Source: Lytechinus pictus (taxonomy: Eukaryota). From it: 64,000 nucleotides of DNA. Shown piece after piece: positions 11,393 through 22,600 of the stretch. The DNA lies in contig NC_087251.1 of assembly GCF_037042905.1 (NCBI RefSeq), forward strand, positions 8,682,001 through 8,746,000. Reading direction: 5' to 3'. Positions within the stretch are counted from its first letter, which is position 1. Each line of letters starts with the position of its first letter. The position numbers and the translations under genes were made by a program. The notes below the pieces were generated by a model. It made no database searches, was not told the origin of the DNA, and was given only the letters and a program-made list of their open reading frames with translations.

Positions 11393-12480
11393 ACTAGAAA
11401 TATCACTATCAGTGATTAATAATACTACCCCCGCCAGCAGCGCTCTACCTACATAAAAAATAATATCCCACTATAATAACCCCAAAAAGAAAAGAAAAAA
11501 TGAAATATTTTGAAGTCTATCAGTTAGGGCAAAAACTATGCATCATCAGATATATCAAAGAATGACATTTCACTGAGAATCCAATCAACAGTGCAACCTT
11601 CTTTTTTTTTAACTATTAGGCCTATATCTTGCACTTCTTCATATCACTATGGACCCATGCACCGAATTTCAAATCAATTGGTCAAAAAATGAGGGAGTAG
11701 TATGATCCACAAGATTTTTGCACCAATTTTATTTTAAAATGTTGTTGCCATGGCAACGCAATTCTCGACTTTGACGAAAATTATATCTTGCACTTATATT
11801 TTATACACATCAATATGGACTTAATGTTCCAAATTTCAAATTAATTGGTCCTTAACTGAGGGAGTAGTATGATCCACAAAAATTTTGCACAAATTTCATT
11901 CAAAAAATGCTGTTGCCATGGCAACACGATTCTCGACTCTGACGAAAAATATATCTTGAATTTTTATACATCATTATGGACCTATGTAAGCCTACTAGCC
12001 TAATTAAAAATTCAGGTCAATTGATCAAAAACTGAGGAAGGAGTTAGATCCACAAATTTTTTGCATGAATTTCATTCAAAAAATGCTGTTGCCACGGCAA
12101 CGCAATTCTCAACTTTGATGAACAATATATCTTGCACTTCTATACATCATTATGGACCTATGTAGGCCTACTAAATTTCAGGTCAATTGATCAAAAACTG
12201 AGGGAGGAGTTAGATCCACAAGATTTTTGCATGAATTTCACTCAAAAATGCTGTTGCCATGGCAACACATTTCCCGACTTTGACGAAAAATATATCTTGC
12301 ACTTCTACATATCATTATGGACCCATGTATTAAATTTCAAGTCAATTGATCAAAAACTGAGGGAGTTTGATCCACAAGATTCTGCAACGGACCGCCCGCC
12401 CGCCCGGCCACACGGTGATTCCTATATAGGGCCTAGGCCTACCCCCTTACAGTTACACACCTTGTGTGTGGCGGGGGTAT
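11393..12480 (-). mobile_element. Non-autonomous Helentron-type element (HINE/DINE-1/pearl-like) with a central array of about 165-176-bp tandem repeats
   Basis: Subterminal inverted repeats TACCCCCGCCA (11426-11436) / TGGCGGGGGTA (12469-12479). Minus-strand 3' hairpin ATCACT-gat-AGTGAT followed by a CTAGT end in a T run. (CCGC)n microsatellite near 12390-12408. About 4.5 tandem units over 11620-12380. Confidence 0.8.
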
Positions 12481-13200
12481 AAAAAATCAGTAGTAGGCCT
12501 AAGTTAGGCCTACTAGGCCTAGGCTATAGCTACCTTCAAGACAGTGAAGCCATAACTTAGGCATTCATTGAAAAAAAATTGAATATCAAATACTAAAGTT
12601 AGGCCTAGGCCTAAACTAAGTTAGGGCCTAGGCTAGGCTAGGGCTAGGCCTTGATCTAGTCTAGCCTTGGCCTGGGTCAGGGCCCAGGCCTGCCGCCTAG
12701 TATGAAATGAGGTTTGGAATAAAAATATGCTTCTTGACATTTTTGTGCATGAGATCGCTGAATACCTTAGCCTTCAGGGCCTATACAATCCACGCTTCAT
12801 GAATATACTCGTAATGTAGATAGATCTAGGCCCCGCCGGGATCTAACAGTTAGGCCTATAGCTAGGCCTACATGGGTCTGCCTTGTTTTGCCTTGCCTTG
12901 CTCAAGACGACTCGACATGCTATTGCTAACCATAACTTACTAGGCCTAGTAGGCCTAAAGTTAGGCCTAATACTAGTTAGATAGGCCTAACGTTAGACCT
13001 AAGGTAGGCCTAGCCTAGCCCAACTTCCAAGCCTAACTTACTCGAGTTCCATTTGCTGTCTTATGACTGAGACTGCTAGTGCTAGCCGCGAGACCAGGGC
13101 CAGGGCCAGGCCCAGGGGTGAACATCATAAAACAACATCAATTCCAGACTAATCATTGTGCAAACTGCATGCAGACTGTCGAATGCAGTAGGCTAAGGCT
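12430..13200. repeat. Dense cluster of TAGGCCTA palindromes and variants
   Basis: About a dozen exact TAGGCCTA between about 12434 and 13012, plus many TAGGCT/GGCCTAG variants, irregularly spaced. Confidence 0.85.
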
Positions 13201-13445
13201 AAGCTACCGTACATCAATCATATTCATAACGTATGTGCATCGAGTAGCATCGCAGTGATCGTACATGACATTTTGTGAGTTGCATTGACATTTTGTGAGT
13301 TGCATTTTGACCGAAAATCGTATGATGGCACTGTTGCAGATACAAGAAATTTGTTCAAGAGAATAGAGCATATTAATACATATAAAAATAAAACTACTTC
13401 ACCGACAAAATCATGTAATATCTTACAGATTAAACTGGATAACTT

Positions 13446-13560
13446 ACCGCGGTATACACTCATGATATGGCGACTGATTTCAAATGATCGTCTGCGTGGC
13501 TGCGCTAGCTGCGCGCGCGGCCGGCGCGGTGACGTCAGTCAACAAGTTTGACCAATGAAA
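13446..13560 (-). promoter_or_regulatory. Putative transposon promoter and short non-coding first exon
   Basis: CpG-rich patch gcgcgcgcggccggcgcgg, perfect CRE TGACGTCA (13530-13537), CCAAT (13552-13556). On the minus strand, TCAGTCGCCAT (Inr/YY1-like) is followed by donor GCG|gtaagt at 13448/13447. It lies just inside the subterminal repeats. Confidence 0.55.
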
Positions 13561-13632
13561 TGTTTCATCGAAGACAACGTCATTTTGAAGAGAATACGTA
13601 TCAAAAATTTTCAGCATCCACGTCATTTTGTC

Positions 13633-14178
13633 GGGGGGGGGGGGGCACTCAACTTTGGGTTTGGTAGGGATGTGCGGCCCCGGTTTCTGAAACGGGGGAC
13701 AGGTATAACCGAGTTGACTCTGAAAAGGAGATCTATAACCGAAGTGACCTTAAAAGCAGTGGCGGCACCAGGATTTTTAAGGGGGGGGGGGGGCAAATAG
13801 GGGGCAAAACAAAATGTGGGGGGGGGGGCAATGCCGGACAAAAAAACCCTCCCTTTTCTTTTCTTTCTCATTTTCAACCCTTTAATTTTTCACTCCGAAA
13901 ATTATTGGGGGCAACTTGGAGGGGGGGGTCAAATGCCGTTTGAAGTTGAGAGCTATTTTTTGTCAATTGCTCTGGAAGCAAAAAAATCTGAAATTTGCTT
14001 AAAATGGCCGGGGGTCTAGATATTAAATTTCCCCCAAAAGGGATTAAGAATTTTCAAAAAGGGCTTGTGAACTAAATATTGTGCTTGAATTTATATGGGG
14101 TCTACGGAGCGGCAGGCAATTAAGGCGTGAAGAGGGTGTTTGCGGTGGCACATTTTTTAGGTCAGTACGTGCCCCGGG
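13633..14178. mobile_element. Non-autonomous DNA transposon inserted into the CACTA subterminal region; contains a truncated CAGTGGCGGCACC-type element from about 13757
   Basis: Flanked by the direct repeat cattttgtc (13624-13632 and 14179-14187; 8-9-bp TSD). The termini (c)ggggg...gcac and gtgccccggg are inverted repeats. Confidence 0.75.
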
Positions 14179-14182
14179 CATT

Positions 14183-14485
14183 TTGTCATTCAAAAGGGAA
14201 CGATTCTCTATTTTCATTAAATAGTCTTCTATTCAAAATATTTGACAAGGAAATCTTTTTGTTATTGTCATTCAAAATGAAACGATTCTTTTCATTTTAA
14301 ATAGTTTTCTAATCATTTTGAACAGTTTTCTATTCAAAATATTTGACAAGGAAATCTTTTTATCTTTGTCATTCAAAATGAAACGATTCTTTTTCATTTT
14401 GAACAGTTTTCTAATCATTTTGAATAGAAAACTATTCATTTTGAATAGTTTTCTATTCGAAAATATTTGACAAGGAAATCTTTTC
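14183..14485. repeat. CACTA subterminal repeat array
   Basis: Three imperfect units of about 80-120 bp (ttgtcattcaaaa...atatttgacaaggaaatctttt) built from TTCAAAAT/ATTTTGAA motifs in both orientations, directly inside the CACTCTTAAAA terminus. Confidence 0.85.
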
Positions 14486-16720
14486 AGAATTTGAAGAGGT
14501 TATTTTAAGAGTGTATATATCTTTGTGGTATGATAGAAAGACCTAACAAAGTGAATAAGAAAAGAGAAATGTATACATGGAAATGAAGAAGGAATACGAA
14601 AATATAAAATCACAATCTTTTCAAAGACCATAAAAACGGATTTATCGTTTTTGGTGACATATAGGCTTTATAGATCTGTAGATGGAAAAGGACCCTTTTC
14701 CATTTTTTGTGATTTATATGATTGACATGTAAATTGATCGGAATATTCTATGATCTTGGGAAGAAAATGTAACAGATCGTGCGAATCTGAGTGTAAAGGA
14801 TGAAAGGAAAGCTCAAATAATCCTGAGCATTGAAAAATGAGTCCATTTGAAAACTGCAAAAGTAATTCAAGAGTATCTCTATATATTTTCTTTCCTGTCA
14901 TTTCATTCACATCCGATCTTCAGCTATACTTTCATCATCTGACCTATCCGACCATTTACGCATCTTTTTGTATTTGATGTCATCTATACGGTCAAATCAC
15001 TTTGCAGCATGTTACAGTCAGTAAAGTTCAGCTGAGAAGTTTTGTGTCCTTATTATTTTTTAAATATAATTTTTTTAAAGTTTTATCGCAGCATAGACCT
15101 TTTGCATGTAATACTTGATTTCTACTTTTTCTTATTTGTAAATGCATGAAAACGGGGGGGGGGGGGGTAACACAATTTTTTGAAAAATGAAATAAATAAA
15201 GACATGCAATGCATCTATGTATTCAAATACATTATCATTCAACAGCCTGGTTAATATTTATTTCGGATATATCTTATTTTTCCCCTCATTTATTCAAGCA
15301 GAGATAACGAATGCAAAAAAGAGCAAGAACAATCATATTCACAAAATAAAACTCAGAAAATTCATTTGTAGTCTCCTTATGTAGAATTACTCCAATATTA
15401 TCAAAAGGCCTTGTTAATGTATCATGTTTGAATATAGATTTCTAATTTTCTCCCTATCATGCCTATTCTCTCACATCTGAATCAGCCTCCATCCCCGAGA
15501 TAGCTGCAGATGTTTTTCAAAAACACATTTACTTGCCTTTCTGAGCGGTACATATTCTTAAACTTTTCACTTAGCCATTGGTTTTGAAATCGGAGCAGAC
15601 GTTATTTCACTCTGTGCTTCTTGAAAACACTTGACGTGGGTGTAACATTTAGCCCACGTTTCACTCTGCTGTTTGAGCGGAACAATTTCTATTCACCCTT
15701 TCCCGTCTAACCACGCACCCTTGGGTTGCCTAAGATAGCTTCTAAAGAGGACTGCTTGGTCAGGTATGTGGTCTGCATGATAAAATACTCATCTTGTCAA
15801 ATGTGTATATTATGTATAACTTGTAGAAAGGTACACTGTCTTCTGACAAAATCAAAATTCGATTGCAACACCTTTATGAATCCCATCGACAAAAAGTTAT
15901 ATAAAGTCGACCTGACGCGCATTTGTGTGTGGGTGTGCATGTGCGTCTGTGCGAGTTTGTAATGACCTACTTCTGGGGACAATTTTTTACAGTTTACCCT
16001 TTAAGTGGGGACGCCACCGGCAAAGAAAACCATTCCAATCAATCCCCAATCTCATTTTAAATCGTTTCATATAGTAAATGTAGGGTTACAAAAGGTTCCC
16101 TTTTGGCATATTTAACTCTAGCTGTGTGTGTACTATGTAGGGGGTAAAACGCGTCCCCGGTTAGCAAACTAACGTATGCTCATGTAAAATGTCAGAAAAT
16201 TAGCCGGTTGGTGGATTAAATCCAAACTTTCGAGTGTATGAGACCGCAAACCCATGTCCCCACTCTGGCGATAAGTGAGTCCCCGAAAACCAACTTACAA
16301 GACGGTGAGGGTGTGTGTGTGTGTGTGAGGGTGTATGTGTGAGTGTTTTGCTGCTTCTTATGTGTGCTTAAAGGTCACGTGGCCATGACTGTTATTTCAA
16401 TGTGGGCTAAAGTTCATCGCTCAATGGCCCCGAGGTCCAACAGAAATGTATTGATATGAAAATGATCTTCAAACTTTGAAATGTAATAGTAGTTTGTTAC
16501 CCCCAAACTAACGTTTTCTGTGTGAGGAATGTACGGTTTATATAGGTTTGGCCCAAAAATATTGAAGATTACATTAAGTAACTGACGTTTTTAATTTGAA
16601 GTTGCAAATGTCACAAATTGGCTTTCGATGGCTCAAATTACATACTTTATTGTCAATATCAATATTTCTTATTCTTATCAAATTATGTTTTAACAAAATA
16701 AAATAATCAAGGAAAGTGGT

Positions 16721-16922
16721 AATAATACTACTACTAATAATAATAACTTCATATCTTACTCAGGGTAGCCACTTCACCTCACCCATTCACCTCACCTGGG
16801 TCGAGTGCTTAACAGTGTGGGCAAATCTCTTGCTGAAGGAAAAACACGCCAAGGCTTTGAAACGAACACACGCCCGTCATATTGAAAGCCGAGTGTCATA
16901 AACACGAGACCATGACGTCTCC
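16721..16922 (-). mobile_element. Degenerate tRNA-derived SINE
   Basis: Minus-strand 5' end with A-box-like TGGTCTCGTGT and B-box-like GTTCGTTTC. It shares a core (cacctgggtcgagtg) with the 35-kb copy and has a (TTA/TAG)n tail at 16721-16746. Confidence 0.6.
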
Positions 16923-19549
16923 GGTGACTGTTTTCGAATAATTAAGCTTTCTTGCGTGCATACCTCAGCATAATGATTAGGAATAAAATCTGACAAATGT
17001 CCTAGCTTCTAGAAAAATGAAGAGACCGAGCAAATTAATCAAAATTTTTGATTAATGGTATATTTCTTATCCATAATTAATTACTTTTGGACAAATTTGG
17101 TGTATTTCAATTTTTAATCAGTCCATCGTTAGGTTTTTGATTGGAAACATGTTCGTTTTGTTGTGAAAATGACTTTACTTCACACATTGCCGATGAGAAT
17201 ATTAACTATTAATTAATTTAATTTCTAAACTAAATAAACCAAGAAAATGAATATGACATAAAAATTAATTTAACCTTTTTAAGTTAGTCAGCCAAGAGAA
17301 TGAACTGGTTAGTCAATGTAAACTATTTGTAAGTCTAATCTACTTTCCCCAGCAAAAGTGCAAGCCCCTTATTTACAAAAGTTGGTCGTTTATAATATAC
17401 TAGATTCTTTATAGTTACTTTTTAGTATGAACTCTGCTACTTTAATTTTGGGAGTGGATGAAGCGAGAAAGGAACAAAATAATCATGAGGTGTGAGTGGG
17501 TAATACGAAATTGAAAGCATTATTTTCTTTCATTAAATATGCCAAAATATGAGGGAGCGAAGAGAGTAATGCTGACATTAAATTTTCGATATGGTTTTTA
17601 TAAAGAACACCTTCGTGAATGCTGAGGTTGAGGATAGTCAAACATCTCGCTAATTTAATGATAGTCGGGCATCGTGCAGCTCGAACAAGGAGCTGTTATA
17701 GTTAATTATGCCTTATGATTATATGGTTTTTGGATCGAACCTTTACTCATTATGCAGAATATGATTTGCACATTTTTTTTTCACCTTTACATTACATTAT
17801 GGCAATCCAAATGGTTTAAGGAATTGCGTTATGTTGAATTAATCATACAAGTAATATAAATTTCGACATTATAAAAAGACCCAAGTGTGTTTTTTTGTTG
17901 CTTACCACTGCTTGAGGACCCCTCACTTGTCAGTCATAATTAAGATCTATTTCAATATCGATGTCTACGTGTAAAGATGATGAATATGACTGGTATACAA
18001 TGTCATTCACGTAGAGTCAAGCTCCCATTGGTATCAATCTTGTCATCTTGATAGCCAAGGATGCGGAATAGATGGAGGGCTGGTCGCTCGAGACTACTTC
18101 AACACACCGTTCCGAGAGTTGTACAAGATACGTGCCGGGAATAGGAAGTTCAGCAAAAGAGTCTTATTTGAAGAAAAACTCACACAAACAAGTATAGAGG
18201 AGAGAGGGGAAAAGAAGATAGTTTGTTACCTGTTTGCCTGCAAATGCTAAAAATTATGATGCTGTAAAAGCTGGTCAGAATATTGATTGATTCCAATTTC
18301 CGAAATTTTCACCAATACACTATATTTATACAAACACTCCCCTCACGGATGCGACATCTTTTTTCACTGTCATATGAAGAAAAAAAAATAATCCTATAAA
18401 GTTGCGATTTTCTCTTTTCTGCCATCGTTTATCCAATTTAAATTACAATTTATTTAGGGTATTTTTTTATTGATGATTTGAATCCATAACATATAGGACC
18501 TGCATATATTATATATATCATAAAACACAAAAACTTATCAGGGCATAATTCTCGATATTGATCTTTAGTTATAACCTTGAATACCAAATCAAGAAAACCA
18601 ACCTCATTCAGAATGATGAAAAAAGCTCTAAAAATACTTTTGTAAACACCATGGCAACGGTTTATAGATTAATGATGATGAACAGTTAAACGTTTGAACT
18701 TTTAAAGACAAAACAATTTTTTCTGAAATAAAAGTACCCGACATTAAAATCTCAGTCTGTCTGCAAGGTTGTCTCAGGTAAAAGAGATATTGTTTGTGTG
18801 TGGTCTGTATGTATGCTTAAATCAGTCCCTTGGTGTCCCTTAATTTGAACTTGCTCCATCTCTAGTAATATGAAACGCAATAAATTTGTAATCTCAAATT
18901 AAGACACAACCCGTGGGGCATTTTCGGTCGTACGCCCCCACTCTGTCTGACATCTCTATCGCCTTCTTTTACTTCCTGTACCCTTTCTGCGCAAACATGG
19001 CGAATACACACCTGCATGTACTATACCTGCTCGTTTGGATTACTAATAGTTATATTTACTGTTCATCCCTTTCCTTGTGAACATCAATCTTCAGAGTTTT
19101 CCCTTCTTTGATATTTTTTGTGCTCATCTATTCCTTTCCTTTCTCTTTATGACAAGAGGGGGGGGGGGGTACTCCACACCCCATCTCTCCGAACAACCTC
19201 TGACATCGACATAGGGTTGATTTCTTTTCGATTACCCGGATGACAAAGTACTTTACGAACTGAGAGTTGGTGGAAACAAGACGCCGATTGTCGAATAAAC
19301 ATGATTTCATTGGATGAGATCAGACAACCTGAGATCAGGTCGCCGTTGATATGGCTTAATTTGTGTATTGACTTCACACGATGTTTGTTATGAACTCATA
19401 CGCAATAAAGATATTAATCATTTTTTAGTTGAGATGTCACCGATGACATATTTATTCCGTTGTCTCCGCGACCCTCCTCTCGGAAGACCAGAAGAAATAG
19501 AAAACAGGTGGATGGTCTCTACCTTGACTTGTTCCAAAGAGGGATAAGA

Positions 19550-19575
19550 AGAGAGGGGGAGGGAGACGGAAGAGG

Positions 19576-19617
<42 letters not shown>

Positions 19618-19620
19618 AGA
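19550..19620. repeat. (GA)n microsatellite and purine tract
   Basis: Direct reading of the sequence. Confidence 0.9.
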
Positions 19621-22600
19621 GATGATGATGAAAAGGTGAAACCTGTATATTTAGTTTACAATTACTTGAACATTGCTCAGCATTATTGCGTCAGTAACAA
19701 ATAATCATAAATATCACAATTAATTGGCTTATAATCATTATAGGCCCATCTAATAAACGTGACAAAATTAGTAAAATCACTTTGTCTTTCATGATATGAT
19801 GCATGATGCAATCATGAAGGCCTAAAAATATCGAGGTGTGGAGACATGTAAAAAAAAACAATTGCAGTGAATTTGCAAGTATCTGTCTAAACCATTTGTG
19901 CACATTAGTTCAAAAGGAACCTTTTTATGACTTTTTCTACAATATTGTTTTCGATGAATTGATAAATAGATATCCAGACCTATTGAAATGTTAAAACAAT
20001 TTTAAACAATCCCAAATCAAAGTGTTTTTGGAGGGTTCATATACCAACCACGAGAGATATACTTTCTATATCTCTTCTTTAGGCGCCTTTTGGTCTTTCA
20101 CTTGTTGCTCTCAGATTATATCATTTGTTTCTCAGCTCACTTTTTTCGTCTCGTTAATGTCTCTTTTCAGATCCTTGCAGATCATTTTCGTTTATTTTGA
20201 ATCCTCGTCTTTCTCAAATCTCTACCACTTCATGGATCCATGCTAACATCATAAATCCCTCCAAAAAACATTTTCTGCGAACCCGAGTCGACAGTGCGAG
20301 CCTCATATCTTCATCTCTTTTCTCAAGATATCGTGCTCCTCAACAGAAAACTTTCTTGAAGGTCTGTCCTTGGGCTTCTTCAATATTTCTTTCTATCAGG
20401 AGATTTCCGCCAAGGATATTCGATTACAATCCCCCGATATCATCATCGATAATCACCGGTCGTCTGCTGATCGTCTGCGAGTGCGCAATTAGAAAAAAAG
20501 TGAAATAAATCTCCACAAAAGACATCATCTGGTATTCCGATGCCTCCTTCAAAAGTCATTCCTTTCTGTTAGGGATGCATTACTTCTGCCTTGTTTCTAA
20601 GCATTTGATCCGTGCCATTAGCGTCTCATTTCTTCTTCATTTTCTTGCACTTCCATCTCTTTAGAACATTCATTTATGTAGATCCCTGAACCAAACTCGA
20701 ACCCGACAATCCTTTGTGAAGGTCCGGCGATATTTAGCATTTGATTTGGTAATGTTTTCAAGCCCCCTTGGCCAGCACTTCGGAATTAATATCGATAGAA
20801 AGGGGGTAATAGTCGAAATTCCATTACAATGACAGTTAAGAAAATAATACCATTGATATATAGGTGAAAGTCTTTTTGCAGAATTTAGGTGAATTACACT
20901 AAAAAGTATTTTTAAAAATACTTTTTAAATCGAACTTGCTCCTATTTCAAAAACAGAAACAAGTTAGTCTAAAAAGGTCTTGAGATTTCATCAAATGTGT
21001 AGATTGAAATACCTCAATCATCACGATATTTCTATTTCCTATTGTGATTTACCAAGGAGCAAGTCATAATAAGTCCAATTTATCAAAATTTGTAAGTACA
21101 GCATTTGATTCTGAAAATGCCAAGTAACATGAATAGTGAGATTAGGATGGACAACTTCAATCAATGTTTCAAATAAAGTCTATGATCAAGGAAAGTTGAA
21201 CGAGCACAAATAGAATGATATAGAATTTATAATAGTGGGCTAAATCATAGTGAAACCTGAAGACAGATGGGAAAATCTCTGACTGCGGCCACCATGATAG
21301 TCTACCTTTTCTATATTATAGGTCCCGATTGGCACACCACACCCACCATTGGGCACTATTTCAAATTTTGTACACATTGAGAAGTGAAACATAATGACTT
21401 GACACGATCCTGTGGACCATCGAAGTCATTTTGATATGCCTATTCTGATAAAATGGCTGTCTCTACATAGTGTGACAAGAAAATAAAAGCCTTGTACAAA
21501 ATTAGATGTTCAGATATGGAATAAACAGAGATGAAAATAACACGTATTAGAAAAATGTATTGATATATGAAGGTTTGCTAAAGGTGTAAAGCAAAATGAA
21601 TTTCATGAATGTAAATCAATGATATTAATATAATATCATAATCTGACATTTGTAGGACAAAAAACAACAACTTTATTTCCTCATCAATAATCATGTAGCC
21701 TATAGTCAAAGCGTGTTGATTTTTTCCTCAACGAAAAATCAAATGATCTGTTTATACACCATGTTTACTTGGCTTTTAGCAATAATATTCAATGTTTTTA
21801 CACACATTGTGATGTTTTTTGTATGAAATAAACTCCAGTTCTTTACTGTCACATTATGATGACATGTAAGTAATGGTTCTTTCTGATACGAGACACTTTT
21901 GTTTACACAACAATTCCCAAGGTGATAATTACACATGACTTATTTAAACAATAATTCTAGAAGATGGCAGTCTTTATATCAGCCAGACAACTATTGCCCG
22001 ATGTCATGTACATTTGTGGAATGCTTGACGTTAAATGGTCCGCCAACACGAACGTTTCATTACAACACGCACAATAATCCGAAGTATCACGAATTTTTTA
22101 TCAAAATTAGTTTTGATAAGGTCACCAATCGAAATATTAGAATATGCTTAATAAATGAGCAGATTTATAGTCCTAAAAGTGATCATTATAAAACTAGCAA
22201 TTTTTGTATCTTCACTATTGCTACAAGTATAACAGTTGGAAAGCGTATACTAGAAACGACATCTAATGAAGATTTTAAACTAGCGACTGATAATTTTTCC
22301 CATAGCGCATTGATTACGTAACACATTTGAATCGAGCCAAATCGATTTGAAATACATTTGACTAAAATGAAGTTGATTTTCGAGGTGCTTGTGTTTCCAA
22401 TGGAAGATATAGTATGACTTGATTGATTTAATTGCCTAAATTTTGAGGACAGGACCACAATATCCCAAACATTTCCAGGGTCCTGGCTATACCACCATTC
22501 GCCAGCGGACGTCCAAGCAGCGATGACTGATCAGAGCATGGACCCTAGGGTCCATGCCATGATCAGAGCAAGGGCATGTTATGGGGACACCGAGGAGCCA

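Larger units (their letters stand above)
1..14513 (-). mobile_element. CACTA/EnSpm (CMC superfamily) DNA transposon, autonomous type; 5' end at 14513, 3' end beyond the left edge of the window
   Basis: The minus strand starts CACTCTTAAAATAACC at 14513, with TA at 14514-14515 (animal CACTA elements have CAC termini and 2-bp TSDs). Subterminal repeats lie at 14183-14485. An intact CMC-type transposase and a spliced second gene lie on the same strand. The matching TIR is not in the window, so the full extent and the TSD are unconfirmed. Confidence 0.8.

Noticed and set aside
12132..12482. 116-aa ORF, and a CRISPR-like look of the 165-176-bp repeats
   Set aside because: The ORF arises from tandem repeat units. 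The units are similar along their whole length with no unique spacers, there are no cas genes, and the context is eukaryotic.
20000..20800. Purine-rich minus-strand block with a DSGSQ word reminiscent of a BEL/Pao protease
   Set aside because: Many stops and no other retroelement motif; too weak to call.
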